NCBI GenBank assembly: GCA_951406725.2
Contig: OX597816.1
Span: forward strand, 107,570,001 to 107,634,000
Source: Octopus vulgaris
Lineage: Eukaryota
DNA: 64,000 nucleotides
Direction of reading: 5' to 3'
Shown: positions 12,460 through 26,327 of the stretch, piece by piece
How the letters are laid out: every line of letters begins with the position of its first letter
Numbering within the stretch: position 1 is the stretch's first letter
Program-made: the position numbers and the translations under genes
Notes under the pieces: model-generated
What the model was told of the DNA's origin: nothing
What the model saw: the letters and a program-made list of their open reading frames with translations, nothing else
Databases searched by the model: none

Positions 12460-12950
12460 TTTCTACACACGCGCACATATGTATGTGTGTGTGCGCAATT
12501 TAATATATATTTATGTGTGTGTGTGTGTGCGTGTATCTTATGCATGTTTACGCACTCACACATATATACATACATATATATTTCCACACACACGCACATA
12601 TGTATGTGTGTGCGCGCAATTTAATATATATTTATGTGTGTGTGTGTGTGCGTGTATCTTATGCATGTTTACACACTCACACATATATACATACATATAT
12701 ATTTCCATGCACACGCACATACACACATGCACATATATATATGTGCGTGTGTGTGTGCGCAATTTAATGTATATTTGTGTGTGTATGTGTGCGTGTATCA
12801 TATGCATGTTTACACACTCAAACATATATACATACATACATATTTCCACACACACGCACATACACACATGCACATATATATATATGTGTGCAATTTAATG
12901 TATATTTGTGTGTGTGTGTGCCTGTGTGTATCTTATGCATGTTTAAGTAT
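12460..12950. repeat. About 4 tandem 120-140 bp units built from microsatellite-like sequence
   Basis: Anchors GCAATTTAAT and GTGTATCTTATGCATGTTTA recur near 12495, 12617, 12759 and 12890. Confidence 0.85.
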
Positions 12951-13439
12951 GTGACGACATTTGCGATAGCATTAACATTTAGCCTGTGCTTAAGTGTAAT
13001 TGTGTCTATCTTCGATATTGTTCAGTTCTTTAGTCGGTTAAAACAGCCATGTTTTGTACCCAGGCTGCAGCACCTTTCATAAATGTAGCATAAAAGGAAG
13101 TGTTCGTCTTAAGTGTTCTTGCCAGAGGAAAGTACTGAAGTGAAGTTGAAGCATTTCCAAAGGGCATTTTGCTAATACATTGAAGTATTTTCGCCAGTAG
13201 CCATCCTGCTAATCCTAGACTGTTATCGCGTGCTTATGTGTAGTGCGCGCGCACCCGTATATGTGTGCATATGTGTGTGTGTGTGCGCGCGTGCGTGTGC
13301 GTGTGTGTATGTGTATTGTTCTTATGTGTGAATATTCCTGTACGAGGATAAGTGTTTGCAGATATATTTATGTACCGGAATTATATTTATGTTTATGAAG
13401 AGTGCATTGAATTGATCTGTATCTGTTTATTTCTCTATC

Positions 13440-13651
13440 TATGAAGAGATACGGAAAAGTTCCTGGCTTTGGGTAAAAGAAAATACAGGAGATTCAGCTA
13501 ATTATGATTTAATTCAACGTAATTCCCTCTCAGATACACTGGAGCAGTCCTTCAGTTTTTCTAAGCCCTTTAAAAGAACTCGGAAGTTTGGGTTTCCAAC
13601 CTGGCATTTCACAGTACCCTTAAAACCAGGAACTGTTCAGCACTCCTCGTA
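13440..13651. mobile_element. Mariner-type MITE
   Basis: Terminal inverted repeats GAAAAGTTCCTGGCTTT / AAAACCAGGAACTGTTCAGCACTCCTCGTA, ending in TA. Confidence 0.7.
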
Positions 13652-14070
13652 ATCCCATTAATCCATGTACCAGTCGGTATATATCTGTCTATATATATGC
13701 ATAAACCTATATATGAATGCATTTACACATAATTGCTTACGTAAGCGTCATTATCGCGTATATCGACATCAGATAACTTTTATGTTATTCTGTAGACGTT
13801 AATGTAAAACTCAGCGTCAGAACTACCTTCATTTCCAGAAATTATTTAGATATCATGTAAGATCTAATTACAGGTATGTACTATCCTTATGGAAATCCAA
13901 ATGAATAATTACTATATATATTAACTGATATTAACCATCAACCTACAATCCTATAAAAATGGAGCCAACAACTTAGCAGGAGAATATATTATATACCATT
14001 AGGTATAACCTACTTAATAGTACTATACTGAAAAAATTACAAGCACAAGGTGTATATATATATATATATA

Positions 14071-14448
14071 GGCGTAGGAGTGGATGTGTGGTAAGTAGCT
14101 TGATTACGAACCACATTGTTCCGGGTTCAGTCCCACTGTGTGGCACCTTGGCCAAGTGTCTTCTACTATAGCCTCGGGCCGACCAAAGCCTTGTGAGTGA
14201 ATTTGGTAGACGGAAACTGAAAAGAAGCCCGTCGTATATATGTATGTGTATGTGTTTGTGTGTCCATTGCTTGTCAACCGATGCTGCAGTGTTTACGTCC
14301 CCGTAACTTAACGGTTCGGTAAAAGAGACCGATAGAATAAGTACTAGGCTTACAATGAATAAGTCCTGGGGTCGATTTGCTCGACTAAAAGGCGGTGCTC
14401 CAGCATGGCCGCAGTCAAATGACTGAAACAAGTAAAAGAGTAAAAGAG
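14071..14448 (+). mobile_element. Full-length OR1-like octopus SINE
   Basis: Head GGCGTAGGAGTGG..GTGTGGTAAG, B box GGTTCAGTCCC, body ending GACTGAAACAAGTAAAAGAG; inserted in (TA)n. Confidence 0.9.
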
Positions 14449-15301
14449 TATATATATATATGTATACACGTATGCATATATATATGTATATGTACATGCT
14501 TATATGTTTATGCACATATATGTAAATATATCTATTTATGTATCGATGTTTATATGTACACACACACGTCGTTTATAAATTATTTGAAAATATAAATGTA
14601 GCATCCAACAAACCAAAATTGGTTTAGTGACAGGACAAGAAGTTTTCGATGCAAACAACTGTCACTAACTGTTCAATAAAACGATCCAATATTTAGTTAT
14701 AATTGTATGGAAAGTATCGTGACTATGATAATTTGAAGAAATAGAAGTAAACACAATACAACTATGAATAAGGGGTCGAAGCCAAATGTCAAAATACACT
14801 ATAGTAACACATCCAGTATACTGGAGAGTAAATGGCTCACAAAGAAAGTTACGTATGCCAAAAATACTATTCAATTGTAATCATATGACATCGAATGTAA
14901 TTATGATGGGTGTTTAGAAAGTACATTTAATAGTAGGCATAAATATGCCATAAAATATGCCATAAAAATTCCATTTCAGTATAACACCTCAGGTAATCGG
15001 AGGTTGATTGCAAACTAAAATTGATGTCATTCAACTAGGCAGATAAATATGTAACAACTTTAGATTTCGGTTTGAATAGATATCCTTTATACTTGACCAA
15101 AAAGTTCAACTCCATCTTGAAAACTTTTAAATGTATAAACGAGCAACGAAGACATGTTTCAAAATAAAGAATTTATAAAGGTTTCCTTCATTTTTCGGAC
15201 TGCATAGTATGATACCTGCAGTGAAAGCTGAACGTTACTAAACTATTCTTCATCGTGACAATACATAATTAATTTGTTTCACAAAAGCCAGGACTTAACA
15301 A

Positions 15302-15611
15302 AATCAAATAAATGGAAAAAGGGTACGAAAAGAGACATGCTATGCGCATAGAGAAAACAATTCAGTCACCTTTCACATTGAGAAACGGGTAAGGGACAAG
15401 ACCAATAGAATAGCGAAAGAATTTAGCTTATGTGTGTATGTATGTATGTATGTATGTATGTATGTATGTATGTATGTATGTATCAAATAAATTGGAAAAG
15501 GGTACGAAAAGAGACATGCTATGCGCATAGAGAAAACAATTCAGTCACCTTTCGCATTGAGAAACGGGTAAGGGACAAGAACAATAGAATAGCGAAAGAA
15601 TTTAGGTTCGA

Positions 15612-15642
<31 letters not shown>

Positions 15643-15690
15643 TGTATGTATGTATGTATGTATGTATGTATGTATGTATGTACGTATGTG
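15302..15690. repeat. Tandem duplication of a ~125-bp unit plus (ATGT)n
   Basis: AAAGGGTACGAAAAGAGACATGCTATGCGCATAGAGAAAACAATTCAGTCACC occurs at ~15318 and ~15497, each copy followed by (ATGT)n. Confidence 0.9.
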
Positions 15691-15902
15691 TGAGTGAGTG
15701 AGTGGGTATGTATGCTTGTGTGTATGCATGGATGAATGGTTACGCAAACATATATTACATTCACTAGCCATGTTTGTGCGTATGCATCCACACTGTCTAT
15801 GTTGGTGAATATTAATTAATATTATTTCTCAAATTTCTATATGTTTGTCTGTTTACTACGGTGTGCATTTGTGTATACATAACTCGAGAAGTTTAGCCTA
15901 TA

Positions 15903-16065
<163 letters not shown>

Positions 16066-16471
16066 TTAACCCAAATTGATTTTTCCCGTAATTTGGATTC
16101 ATTCCTAATATTTATTATTATATATATATATATATATACTTCTATGTTTATATAAATATATGTATATATATACATACGTATTCATACATATATGTGCGTG
16201 TGTGGGTGTGTATGTGTGTGCGTGCGCGTGTCTGAGTGTGCATATGTGTGTGCTTGCATGCTTTATGCAACATTATGATTCTGTATTGGTTTATGCTATG
16301 CCTGGAGAGAAGGCAAAATAAAATGATCACTGAGTATTAACATTTTTATGTATGAAAAAAGAAATTTATTCATACACTTCGCTATCAATCGTCATAAAAT
16401 ATGATTTATTCTACACCATATTCACACGTATGTATAAGGAAACAGACGCACTTAATAGATGTATGCGTGGG

Positions 16472-16504
<33 letters not shown>

Positions 16505-16637
16505 ACATATATATATATACATATATATATATATGCATATATATATATATATATGTATATGTGCATGTGTGCGTGTGCATGTATATATATATATATATAT
16601 ACGTGTATATATATGTGTGTGTGTGTGTGTGTACGAG

Positions 16638-16706
<69 letters not shown>

Positions 16707-17170
16707 TGGAAAAATCTTACGCAAAATTCTCTATTATGTCGGCCACTGATTTCTCCTATAATAATGCATAATAATATGTACCTCAGTCCGTTCTTTGATT
16801 ATAAGAGCCATATGTGCATACTTACATATGTAAATATATACATACATTTATACATACATAATACGTGCATACGTGCCTGCATACTTACATCTAATTATCG
16901 AGATATCCATATATACCTGGAAAAGCGTACGTACGCCTAAGCACAGTAAAATGCCTTTATATATTTACTGACTCTAATAAATTCATATGCATGTATTTGT
17001 GACCTTCTTTACTCACTTTCTCTCCTGTCCTTCCTCCTCCCATACATACATACATATAATATACATGAGGGGAAAGAGATTGTGCATATACACATATATA
17101 TATACACACACACTAAATATATACATATATATATATATACATATACATATATATACATATATACATATAT

Positions 17171-17231
<61 letters not shown>

Positions 17232-17285
17232 CACATATATATATATACACACATATATATATACACATATATATAAACACACACA

Positions 17286-17330
<45 letters not shown>

Positions 17331-17730
17331 GAGTATGTGTGCGTGTATGTGTATATCCATACGCACATTTAGATATTTACATGTACTCTCTACTCCTAGT
17401 TTGATATATTTATATAAAACATTCCTGAGTTTATTTGCATAAACTAAAATATTTTCCATACATAAGAAAATGAAAAACATTTTTTGGGATAATATGAACG
17501 TGTATTACCGAAATCTACGTATATCATATAAATGCTCTGCCGAAACGGAAAGCAGAGTATATATGTATTTTATTTTAATCTATCGTAAAAAAATTTCTTT
17601 AATGTTGACACACACACACGCACTCATATGTACACAGAAATATATCCATCTACGAAGGTATGTATGTATGTATGTATGTATGTATGTATGTATGTATGTA
17701 TGTACGTATGTATGTATGTATGTATGTATG

Positions 17731-17785
<55 letters not shown>

Positions 17786-17787
<2 letters not shown>

Positions 17788-18202
17788 ATCAAAACAGTTT
17801 GATTCAAATTCGTTGATACACTTGAGTTTCAAGCGTGATGCTAGTCATCAGCCATTTTCAATTCGAATGACAGAAGTTGATTATTTTTTCCGTAAGGTGG
17901 GTTGCCATTGGTCGAGGAAAGTCACGCGGTGTCGTGGATTGATGCTGGTAAACGGGTAAGTGTTAGTTGAAAATCACTGCTTGGTGAAGAGGAAATTGGC
18001 CACGAGGAGGACAGGAAATAGAGTATGTGGTAATTAGAAATCGGTCAGGTCGTTGAGGGGAAGTAGAAAGAGGCGGCATGTACAAGGATATAGTTCTATA
18101 TGTGTGCAGACGTGCTTTATACAGTGTTGCGTGCATGTGTATATTGTTGTCAATGTACGCATCTGCACATCGGCGCACAGCGCGCACGTCTGCACACACA
18201 CA

Positions 18203-18261
<59 letters not shown>

Positions 18262-20224
18262 ACACAAACACACACACACATGCGCTTGGACGAACAAGCA
18301 TGCGTATACACGCACACACATACATGCGCGCTCATTCACATGTATATCCGCATGCAGGTAAGCATGCATACCAGTTTGCGTGCCCAGACGCATGCGCGTG
18401 CACTCGTAGGCGCGCATGCAGAGTAACAGCTGCTGCTGAGGCGGTATATCCGGGTTGTCAGCAGTCAGAGGCCTGTAAATTGCTAGAAGGGCATATCTCT
18501 GGTGACAGCAATACGATAAACCGTATTTGTTGTTGATGGATACTGCGGATTGTTGGAAGATATGCAGTTTTTTGCGGAGGCAGAGCTGGCAGTTGGGGCA
18601 CCGGGTGAATATGGTGACGCTCTGTCGACAATAGTCCACTTGATGTTGGGTATTTCATCTCGTAGATCACGGAGTCTCCAGAGAAAACGAGACAGGAAAG
18701 TAGAGTTCTCTCCGTCCCTAGATCTGAACGAGTGCATATGCTGAGAATAACTTCCCTTGAATTCATTAGCTATTAATGGCATCTGATGGTGTAAGGGTAG
18801 CTCTGTATACTACGGCCCTTGAGAGACAAGATCCTGCTAGAGGGCGCATGGTGGGGTTTAGAGTCAGGGGTAGTGTAGGTGCATTTTTACGTCTGTTGAT
18901 GCGTGCGATGTTAGATTCGATGTCATCTAAGCAGGGAGTAGTTCACCTTGATATTATGGGCTTTGAAGAGTTTGTAATACTTATGGCCTCTGGGGAAGTG
19001 TTTCTTAATTAACGTCAGGTAGCCCCTAGCTAAGTTATTGGAAATTTCTAGGTTAAAAGGAGGGTGGGGGTTATACCATATAATTTTCCTACTCCCAATC
19101 CTTTTAGGGTGAGAAGAGAGTGTTTGGAGTTTGTCCACATACGTGAGCTTCTCAGTAAACCTGTTCCTATCCAAAGCATCGTTGTAGTGGGGGCGGCCCT
19201 GTTAAACATCTCTCTATTAGCCGAGTGATTAAATTGTCGTTTACTAATGCCTGGAAAAAAGTCTTCTAATTAAAGCGGGGGGGGGGGGAGCTCTTGTGGA
19301 TGTATACTGTATCTTCGTTAGGCTTCCTGAGCGGGTAATAATCTCCCGTTCTGAGGTCGAAGATTACATCCAAGAAATCGAATGTAGTTCGGTTGGTGGT
19401 AACCATTATGGAAAGGCCGAAGTCCTTAAACATTTTTGTTAAGACCTTCCCGAGCTTGTCCATGACGTGGCCATTCATATGGCTTGAGATAGCCAGACCA
19501 TCGTCCCTATAGAGAGCCGACCTATGGGTACGTCTCTTGAGGTTATCCACGATATATAACTCGACACATACTAATCCCCAAACGCTTACCAATTCCCAAC
19601 ACTTGTTTTGAGCGTGTAAACTCACGCACGCGTTAGTGTGAATGCACATGTGCACGCATACACTGGTATGCATGCGTACATGCATGCGATTATACACATG
19701 TACATATGAATGAATACGCATGTGTGCATATGTGCGTATGCGTGTGTATGTGTGTGCGTGTGCGTGCCTACGTGTTCGTCCAAGCACGTGTGTGTGTATG
19801 TGTGCATATGTTCAGAAGTGCGCGTGTGTGCCCATGTACAAATGCCCACACAAGCATCAATATACACATGCACGTAAAATTATATGAGTGCGTCTGAACA
19901 CCCACATATAGAACTATATACTTGCACATGCCACCCCTTCCCTTCTTACCTTCCCCTCCCCAAAAAGCTGACCGATTTCTAATCGCCACATGCTCTATTT
20001 CTTGTCCTCTACGTGATCAATTTCTTCTTCGCCTTGCGGTATTTTCCAACTGTTACCCATTTACCAACATCAAACCACGACACCGCGTGACTTTCCTCGA
20101 CCATTCGCAGCCCACCTTACGGTTATAGCAATCAACTTCTGTCATTCAAATTCAAAATGACTGACGAATGGCATCACGCGTGAAACTCAAGTGTAGCAAC
20201 GGATTTGAATCAAACTGTTTTAAT

Positions 20225-20226
<2 letters not shown>
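17786..20226 (-). mobile_element. 5'-truncated Penelope-like retroelement (Naiad-type) with ~600-bp inverted terminal repeats, inserted in (TA)n
   Basis: RT fragments ALYRDDGL, FDFLDVIFDL..G.YYP.RKPN and RKIIWYNP..PF...KHFP..HKYYKLF...IKVNYS; endonuclease fragments PLAGSCL..AVVYRA, IKWTIVDRASPY, CQLCL..CCH; 17786-~18420 is an inverted, diverged copy of ~19620-20226. Confidence 0.85.
18450..19610 (-). pseudogene. Frameshifted RT and GIY-YIG-type endonuclease ORF of the PLE
   Basis: Motifs split across ORFs 19266-19787, 18923-19174, 18483-18782 and 18034-18639; frameshift at YS/CL; the YIG segment appears deleted. Confidence 0.8.
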
Positions 20227-20275
<49 letters not shown>

Positions 20276-20278
<3 letters not shown>

Positions 20279-20677
20279 AAAAAATAAGTTTGAAAACGCC
20301 ACTATGTTAGATAAATTTTAATTTTCTTAGAAATTTTACATATTTCGGTTCTTGAAAAAACGAACCTTATCAAAAATATTTTAAAAAGTTAAGTGTAATA
20401 GAAAAGTTCATATTTGTTTCTTACTGGTCTCAATAGAATCCATGTAGTGGTGTTTTGTCGGTAGTAGGTATAATAGCTATAAATTTCAAGTTGAGTGTAA
20501 TAAAAAAGTTCATAATTGTTTCTTACTGGTCTCAACAGGATCCATGTAGTTGTTTTTTAGCTGTCTTATGTGTTCGAATGACCCGCCAATTATGAACTTT
20601 TCTATTACACTTAACTTTTTAAAATATTTTTGATAAGGTTCGTTTTTTCAAGAACCGAAACATGTAAAATTTCTAAG

Positions 20678-20680
<3 letters not shown>
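20276..20680. mobile_element. Fold-back element in (TA)n: 90-bp inverted arms plus two ~67-bp direct repeats
   Basis: 20323-20412 vs 20591-20680 are inverted with one mismatch; direct repeats at 20391-20458 and 20493-20558. Confidence 0.85.
20626..20670 (+). ncRNA. Minimal type I hammerhead motif, U3-A8 core variant
   Basis: ATTT-TTGATAA-GGTTC gttttttcaa GAACC-GAAA-CATGTA-AAAT; palindromic ACATGT stem III; GUA triplet. Confidence 0.6.
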
Positions 20681-20724
<44 letters not shown>

Positions 20725-21012
20725 TATATGAATAAGATGCAGCCAGAGCTTTATAAACAGTATCGAAATACACATTCCACAAAGTATATGTTATGCTTTA
20801 CCAGTTGGGCAGTCGGTTTCGACCTTTAACAAAAGAATTACTTACATAATTCAAATGTCCGTGGCCTCATCAGTACAATTCAGGAATTCTTTAGCGCGCC
20901 GGAACTAAGACATTTGAAATTTTATACCTAATGTAATCGGTAAAACTAAACACGTGTCTGTTTTGGCACAGGAAGCTGGGGTTAGTTTTTCGAATTGCAT
21001 TTACACTGAACG

Positions 21013-21089
21013 ATTGTACTGATGAGGCCACGGACATTTGAATTATGTAAGTAATTCTTTTGTTAAAGGTCGAAACCGAAGTATGCAAT
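21013..21089 (+). ncRNA. Type I hammerhead ribozyme motif, canonical core, long loop II
   Basis: ATTGTA-CTGATGA-GGCC[38 nt]GGTC-GAAA-C CGAA G-TA-TGCAAT; a 67-bp inverted partial copy lies at 20813-20879. Confidence 0.65.
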
Positions 21090-21355
21090 TAATTCTGTTT
21101 TTTATATAAATTTTCATCTGTCCTGCCCGCCAAATTTGGTTCTGGTGTTCGCTGAATTTTTCCTCTAGAGAACTTTCTTTGTAGTTTGATCGTTGATGAT
21201 CTATTTCTAGCATACGGCCGACTACCTAGCAGTCTTACCCTGCCAATATACACATTTATTAGAATTTTCTCTGATTCTCAGATTTTTTGTATGCTAGACT
21301 ACTGGTTTGAAATTGATATTAAAATTAATATTAATTTATCTCCCTCATTATATAT

Positions 21356-21389
<34 letters not shown>

Positions 21390-21701
21390 TGGATGGATAG
21401 ATAGATAGATAAATCTTACTTGGAAATGGATGCATTGCTTTCAATCACATAATAATATAAATAATATATAAATATATATGCATACATACATATATATGTA
21501 TATACACATGCATATATGGGTACAGGACACCAAATAACGTAAACAACATGAAATACGATAACATAAAATACGAAATACAATAACATGGAATGCGAACTTT
21601 CGTTTTTGCGAACAACAAAAGAAACAAATAGAAAAGAAGACAAGCAACATAAAAAACTACCCTTCATCAGTTGGCTGTTTTTATACTTCGTATTTTGAGC
21701 A

Positions 21702-21751
<50 letters not shown>

Positions 21752-22499
21752 TATTTATGTAGTTACAGTAAAATTCTCGCTGTTTCCTATTGAAGACTTA
21801 ATTCATTAAATAAATAATCTAGTTTCTTTTAAAAATATTATTGCCTAGGAAGCAAAATTGACTTCATTTTTGAAATTTACGTTGCCAAAAGCAAAACAGA
21901 AGGATTAAAATAGACAGTGAAAGTGAACGGGAGTAATGTATTTAGATAGAAAGTGAAAGCGAGCGATTGTGGGTTAAGTAGAAGAGTTAGCTAGCTAGAT
22001 ACGCAGGTAGTTATTCAAATTGATAAATATATAGTTAGATAAAGAGCGGAAGAAATATAGAGGAAGCGAGAGAATGGAACGATAAAGATCTTGCAGAAAA
22101 GCAGAGCAGTTTCTCTTGAGGGTAAGTTTCAAAGAAACTATTTTCTTAAAAGTAAAATGAAATCATCTAACAACTTTAGGCTTGGATTTTAATGTAATTC
22201 TCTTTGGAATAGTAGAATACTTTGATGCTAATATTCGAACGTGTTTTACATGCATATCCGTGAGAGTAGTATGCCATTGTTGGTTTCATTTGAACACTTT
22301 AGCAGAACGAAAGTATTTCTTGACTGAATTAAACAAATTCTGTTCTCATAAATGCAATTATGACATGCTAAGAATTTGAGAGCTTTACCCGAGGCCATAG
22401 GAATCAGAAAATCACAACAGTGCAGATGAGCAAATCTTTTAAATTGTGAACGGATTATAGAAACAATTTGCGTGTGTTTTTTTTTTCCGATCAACCGCA

Positions 22500-22920
22500 A
22501 TAAAGCAGACTTATGACTAAAGGCATTCCAGCTATAACCATTCTGTCTTTTAGGAATATGCAGCTATACATTATCTATGTCTAATGCTCTTTTCCTTTTC
22601 CCAAAGTAGTAAGATGTGATTTGGAAGAAATTTGGCAGCTCTTTCTAGCAGATCATGCTCTCATGTTAGGGTTTCCTCGTTGTCTTATCACAAGAATTCG
22701 TATTAGAGATTTGTTATTGTTGTTGTTGCGACAGTTTTTATTGTTTAGATCCAAGTCCAATCGAGAAGTTCTACGATTGAAGATACTTCACCCGTCTGTA
22801 CTCATTACATACCTTTTATATATCAGCCACTACATTGTATAATGTATATTTCCTTGTTAGAAATAGTAGGGTGTGATTTGAGGGAGATAGAGTTGTTACT
22901 TCTAGCAAACCAAGTAAAGG
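22500..22920 (+). repeat. Two copies of an old dispersed repeat, also seen at ~8780-8970 (-), ~27720-27910 and ~59440-59540
   Basis: Shared motif GTGTGATTTG(A/G)(A/G)(A/G)(A/G)AGATTTGG...TTCTAGCA. Confidence 0.45.
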
Positions 22921-23839
22921 TTTTATTATTTGGTTATTCATTGAACAAATTTATAAATTTTAGTAGAAGAAAAAGTTACAGGATTAAACTATTCTAATCA
23001 GAGTAAAGGTGAGAACGGTGAAAAAGAAAGAAAAGAATTTCTGGAAAAGTTGTGCGGTTGGTATAAACATATAGTTTGTTGGTAGTAACTGAGAAGTGAC
23101 AGTCACTAAAGACGACAGGAAAGCCGATAGGTATGCGAGGTGATCTAGAGCTTGATAGATGACATTTAGCAACATTTACGAATTATGCAACATTGTTATG
23201 AATAATACTGATCTAAAACTCAGTACAGTTTGTTCAGCCTTTAGATATACAACTAAAGCGTTTTGAAACAACGACAGTCTGGCGCGAGTCTGTTTGATTT
23301 ATAGTAATATAAACAGATATAAATAATTAAGGAGGGAGACTTTGTCAAAGTTTATTCAATAACACGATATTTGACTATCTACCATCTTTCGAAAAAAGAG
23401 AAAACAATCAAATACAACATTAATCAGCCGAATTTGATTTCTACCTTTCATCCTTTCGGGGTCGATAAAATAAGTACCAATTGAGCACTCAACTTCCCCC
23501 TCTCCCAAAATTAATGACCTTGAGCCAAAATTTGAAACCAGCTATATGCAATACTTGACATTTTTTCCAAAACATTCTTTCCATTTAGAATTATAATTTA
23601 ATTAAAATGCTTAGATGAGTTCGTCTGAGATTGTTAAATGGAACATTTTGTTTAAAAAATTCGAGAATTGTAATTGAAGACCAACGCGCTTAACGTGTTA
23701 AAATTATATTTTCTAATATAAAAAAAAAAAGAATGAGTTAGCAATAATAATGTTTGCAATCAATTTGCTATGAACATCGATTTTGTTACCACAAAATGAC
23801 AGATAATGACAACCACAGCATTCTCTAGTCATTCATTCT

Positions 23840-24780
23840 ATAGTCAAACATCAGGAATCACCCAATGAAAGGACGAATTGACGCATTTCTAAAGGAACAA
23901 AGAAACAGGTATACATATTACACAACTCTGTAACAGAAGATTATTGTAATGTGCTCAACATGGCATTAAAACAGCAAGACTAAAGAAAACAATTGTCAGC
24001 TTCAATAATCTTAAAGAACATAAACAAAGCTAGATTCATAATCACCCTAAGATTTCTGAAGCCATAAAGAATCTTATCCATGAGCACATCAGAAATTTTC
24101 CTACTCGTGATAGTCAATAGAGCATAGTCAAAAGTAGTATAAATGATACATAGAAATATTTCACCTTTGCAAAAATGAACAGTTTTGGCTGATAACTACA
24201 ATCAAGACGCCAAAGAATGTAAAATATATCAGAATATCTTTAATTATGAATATAAGATTTGGCTTCCCTAAAAATGACATATATGACTCCTGGGAGAACA
24301 AAATGCAAATTGATATCAAATCTGTAAGATAGCTCATGAACAAGTTGGAATGCAACAAAGTTAAATACGAAGTTTGCATAAGTAAGGCTGTATATTCAAC
24401 GTGCAGCTAAGTGATGGGAACAACTGAGTTGACTAAAGATATGGTAACTGATCTCGACTCAGCGGGATTGCATTTGACTCTGAGAAAACATAACTCTGTC
24501 ACTAACTAGAGTTGTCCAGCAATGTAATAAAAACTTTAGACTCATACTATTTGCATCAATTGCAATATAAACAAAAGTGCTATCACGTATCTTTCAAACG
24601 ATCATTTTGTTAGAAAAGGCCCCGTTTATGTAATATCATGCTTAGATGTATATCTCTTATAGTATCTTCACAACATCAGTAAAACCGGTGTTACACGAGT
24701 TGGATGAAAATAATATATAACGTTCTTTTCAAGTTATCGTCAATGCAAGTCTTGGCCAGATTATAATCAACGATCCTATA
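23840..24780 (+). mobile_element. Decayed Sola-like DNA transposase fragment
   Basis: NHPKISEAIKNLIHEHIRNFPTRDS (FP..SHY-like), YQNIFNYEY...PKNDIYD, AFDSEK and RKGP..VISCL fragments with stops and frameshifts. Confidence 0.5.
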
Positions 24781-25971
24781 CTAGGCCATAGTATACTAGA
24801 CCGGCATATTTGTAAAGGGATAAATTACGTGGTGGGTGAAATAGCACAAATGGAATGAGGGAAATGAGAGACAACTTGCGAGGTTACAACAGGAAGATAA
24901 AAATTCAAAAGGTAGAGGAGAAAATGTTGAAAAAATTATGAATATAAAAGTTTGTGTACAGTGAATTGTACGTCGAAAACAGGAAACGGAAGTAAACTGA
25001 TGTTTCGGGCGAAGTCAATATCAGAATAGAGCAGGAAAGAAATATGCAAGATAAAAGAAAGAAGAAAGAAACGATACCTGTTTAAAGCCCAACTTTAGAA
25101 CGTCTGTTAAAGGCATCGCCTAGCATAGCAATTCTAGAATTCCTATTCAGAAAAGGCGACTCTCCACTATGTATGTTGTATAACTGCCAATAAAATCTAC
25201 TAAACTGAGTGATGCAAAAAAATCTTTTTAAATATATCATCACCTCACCTAAGAATGAGCGACAGTTTACCAAAGTATTACGGCTAGCAAGGCCGATGTG
25301 GAGACAGAAGAAAACTCATTTGAATGCTGTTCGTTTATAGTAATATTCAAAGTTTTCAATGATGTATTATAGTAGTATTGCAATTGTTTTGCATAATATC
25401 ACCGTATTTCTTCCGGTATAGTTTTAAAGTGCCAAAGTGCAGTAAATTTCATCAGTCGTTAAAATTGCATATTGACAACAGTGTACAGAAGTTTAAAAAT
25501 ACTTTTCCATCAACGTAAAAACGGCTGGAACAATTAGTTGTATGGGCATTTGATTCTTGTAAGTAAATTGAACTACTTATCTTGAGGTCAAAGACAAAAT
25601 GGATTTGCAATCTGATTTAAATAATCGTTTAAGCGTACAGTTTTGGTTGTCTTTGTCATTTTTAGAACTGTGGCTTTCAGTTTAGTTAGATTAGTTATAA
25701 CTGTTTGGAATTGTAAATAAATTAACAACTGTGAGTACTAGATGAAATACTGTTTATTAAAAACTTTTCCAAGCTAGACGAGTTGAGACAATTTGCATTA
25801 TACAGCAATTGCATTACTCTCTGCATATCATAGCTTTAAAAAGTGTTTTACTGCAGGAGAACTCATTGAAGAAGCAACATACACTTTTTCGAGGTATGTC
25901 ACGCCCGTAGTTTCAAAGTCTGTATCTTCAATAAAGCGATACGGCTAACACATGTAATCATCATAATAATA

Positions 25972-26188
25972 TTGATTTCGAATTTTGGCACAAGGCCAGC
26001 AAGTTCGGGAGACTAGTTAAGTTGATATAATCAACCCCAGTGCTCAACTGGTACTCATTTTAGCCACTCCGAAACGATTAACGGCAAAGTCGACCACGGT
26101 GGAATTTGAATTCTGAACGTAAAAATGGACGAAATGCTGCTGAGTATTTTGCCCCGCATGCTAACGATTCTGCCAGCTCGCTGCCTTA
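25972..26188 (-). mobile_element. OR2-like SINE
   Basis: Aligns along its length with 263-468. Confidence 0.85.
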
Positions 26189-26327
26189 ATAAAAGCAACA
26201 ACAAGAGCAACAATAATAATAATAATAATGGTTATTTGTTATTGCCTGCTTTCAAGTAAAGAATAACCGGTAATTAAGAACTATCCGAGTCTTTTATAAT
26301 AATAATAATAATAATAATAATCATAAT

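Noticed and set aside
18450-19174. Selenocysteine (UGA) recoding as reported for some Naiad PLEs
   Set aside because: The conserved Cys positions that can be read (YSC, GSCL, CQLC, CCH) use TGC/TGT; the TGA at 18923 results from a 1-nt frameshift.
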